From a virus: a stretch of 6,072 nucleotides of DNA. This document shows, in pieces, positions 5,606-6,072 of the stretch. Under the pieces are notes generated by a model. It worked only from the letters and a program-made list of their open reading frames with translations. It was not told the DNA's origin and made no database searches. Location: positions 1-6,072 of the IMG/VR virus record IMGVR_UViG_3300022758_000043. The stretch is one strand, 5' to 3'. Numbering within the stretch: position 1 is the first letter of the stretch; every line of letters starts with the position of its first letter. A program made the position numbers and the translations under genes.

Positions 5606-6037
5606 TTAAAATAATTTAAGTTGTTTTTGATTCCAGTCTTTTAAATCTTCTTCGTCTTTATCATAAGTTTTTTCACATATTAATCTCCTTTCTTGTTTTG
5701 TGAAGATGTATTTTTTTGTAATAACATCTTCTTCTATTTCGTAACATATTTTTGTAGTATTTTTTGGTATGAAATACCATATGTGTTCCTTTAGTTGTTT
5801 GAATGTATCAAATAAAAAACTATCTGATACATATTTTTTAATCTTTTTCGGTTTTTTCATTTTTTTAGGATACAATTTCCATGTTTCTACTACACATATC
5901 AGTTTGGTTTCTTCCGGGTCATTTAGCATAATAGCGAATTTTTCCGCTATTTTGTAAGTGTTCCTACCTGGGATTTCTCTTACGATGATATTTCCCGTAT
6001 TGTTAACGTAAATTGCTGTAAATTTTGTTGCTGCCAT
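5606..6037 (-). CDS. Hypothetical 143-aa protein with a central Lys-rich patch (PKKMKKPKKIKK); first gene downstream of the origin-like motif
   Basis: ATG at 6037. The stop lies 2 nt before the 68-aa ORF start. The sequence is non-repetitive. No family recognised. Confidence 0.65.
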   Translation of the reverse strand: MAATKFTAIYVNNTGNIIVREIPGRNTYKIAEKFAIMLNDPEETKLICVVETWKLYPKKMKKPKKIKKYVSDSFLFDTFKQLKEHIWYFIPKNTTKICYEIEEDVITKKYIFTKQERRLICEKTYDKDEEDLKDWNQKQLKLF

Positions 6038-6072
6038 AGTTTAAAAATGTTTTTTAGTTGTTATTAATATCA
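5946..6072. repeat. Second copy of the terminal overlap (equals 1..127)
   Basis: Exact identity to 1..127. It contains the start of the 143-aa ORF and the origin-like motif. Confidence 0.97.

Noticed and set aside
1379-5957. Nine plus-strand ORFs antisense to VP4, VP2, VP1 and the small genes (for example 3923..4477, 184 aa)
   Set aside because: The plus strand is T-rich and A-poor, so stop codons are rare. The products are Leu/Phe/Ser-rich low-complexity sequence that fully overlaps well-supported genes on the other strand.

Overview
The window is one complete circular Microviridae (ssDNA phage) genome, with all genes on the minus strand, so the window is the complement of the mRNA-sense strand. 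Bases 1..127 are identical to 5946..6072, so the unit circle is 5945 nt. An overlap of exactly 127 nt looks like an assembler k-mer artefact. Gene order on the coding strand is: 143-aa ORF, 68-aa membrane ORF, 88-aa ORF, major capsid VP1 (642 aa), 105-aa ORF, a structured 161-nt spacer, pilot/minor capsid VP2 (345 aa), and replication initiator VP4. As sequenced, VP4 is split by a +1 frame change at an A7 run. The ~530-nt noncoding region that follows has three parts: a ~59% GC, heavily self-complementary island (352..630) in an otherwise roughly one-third GC genome; a very AT-rich stretch with four T8 runs and a duplicated T8-GATT-TTGCAAA unit; and a 14-nt exact match, from my memory of phiX174, to its viral-strand origin core TGATATTAATAACA. 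Gene leaders are A-rich and lack Shine-Dalgarno motifs. Together with the VP1/VP2/VP4 organisation, this fits a Bacteroidota-associated, Alpavirinae-like gut microvirus, but that placement is inference. The GC island is the most unusual element. I could not match it to any RNA family by eye, and I offer hypotheses only. No tRNA, rRNA, CRISPR array, integrase or transposase is visible.
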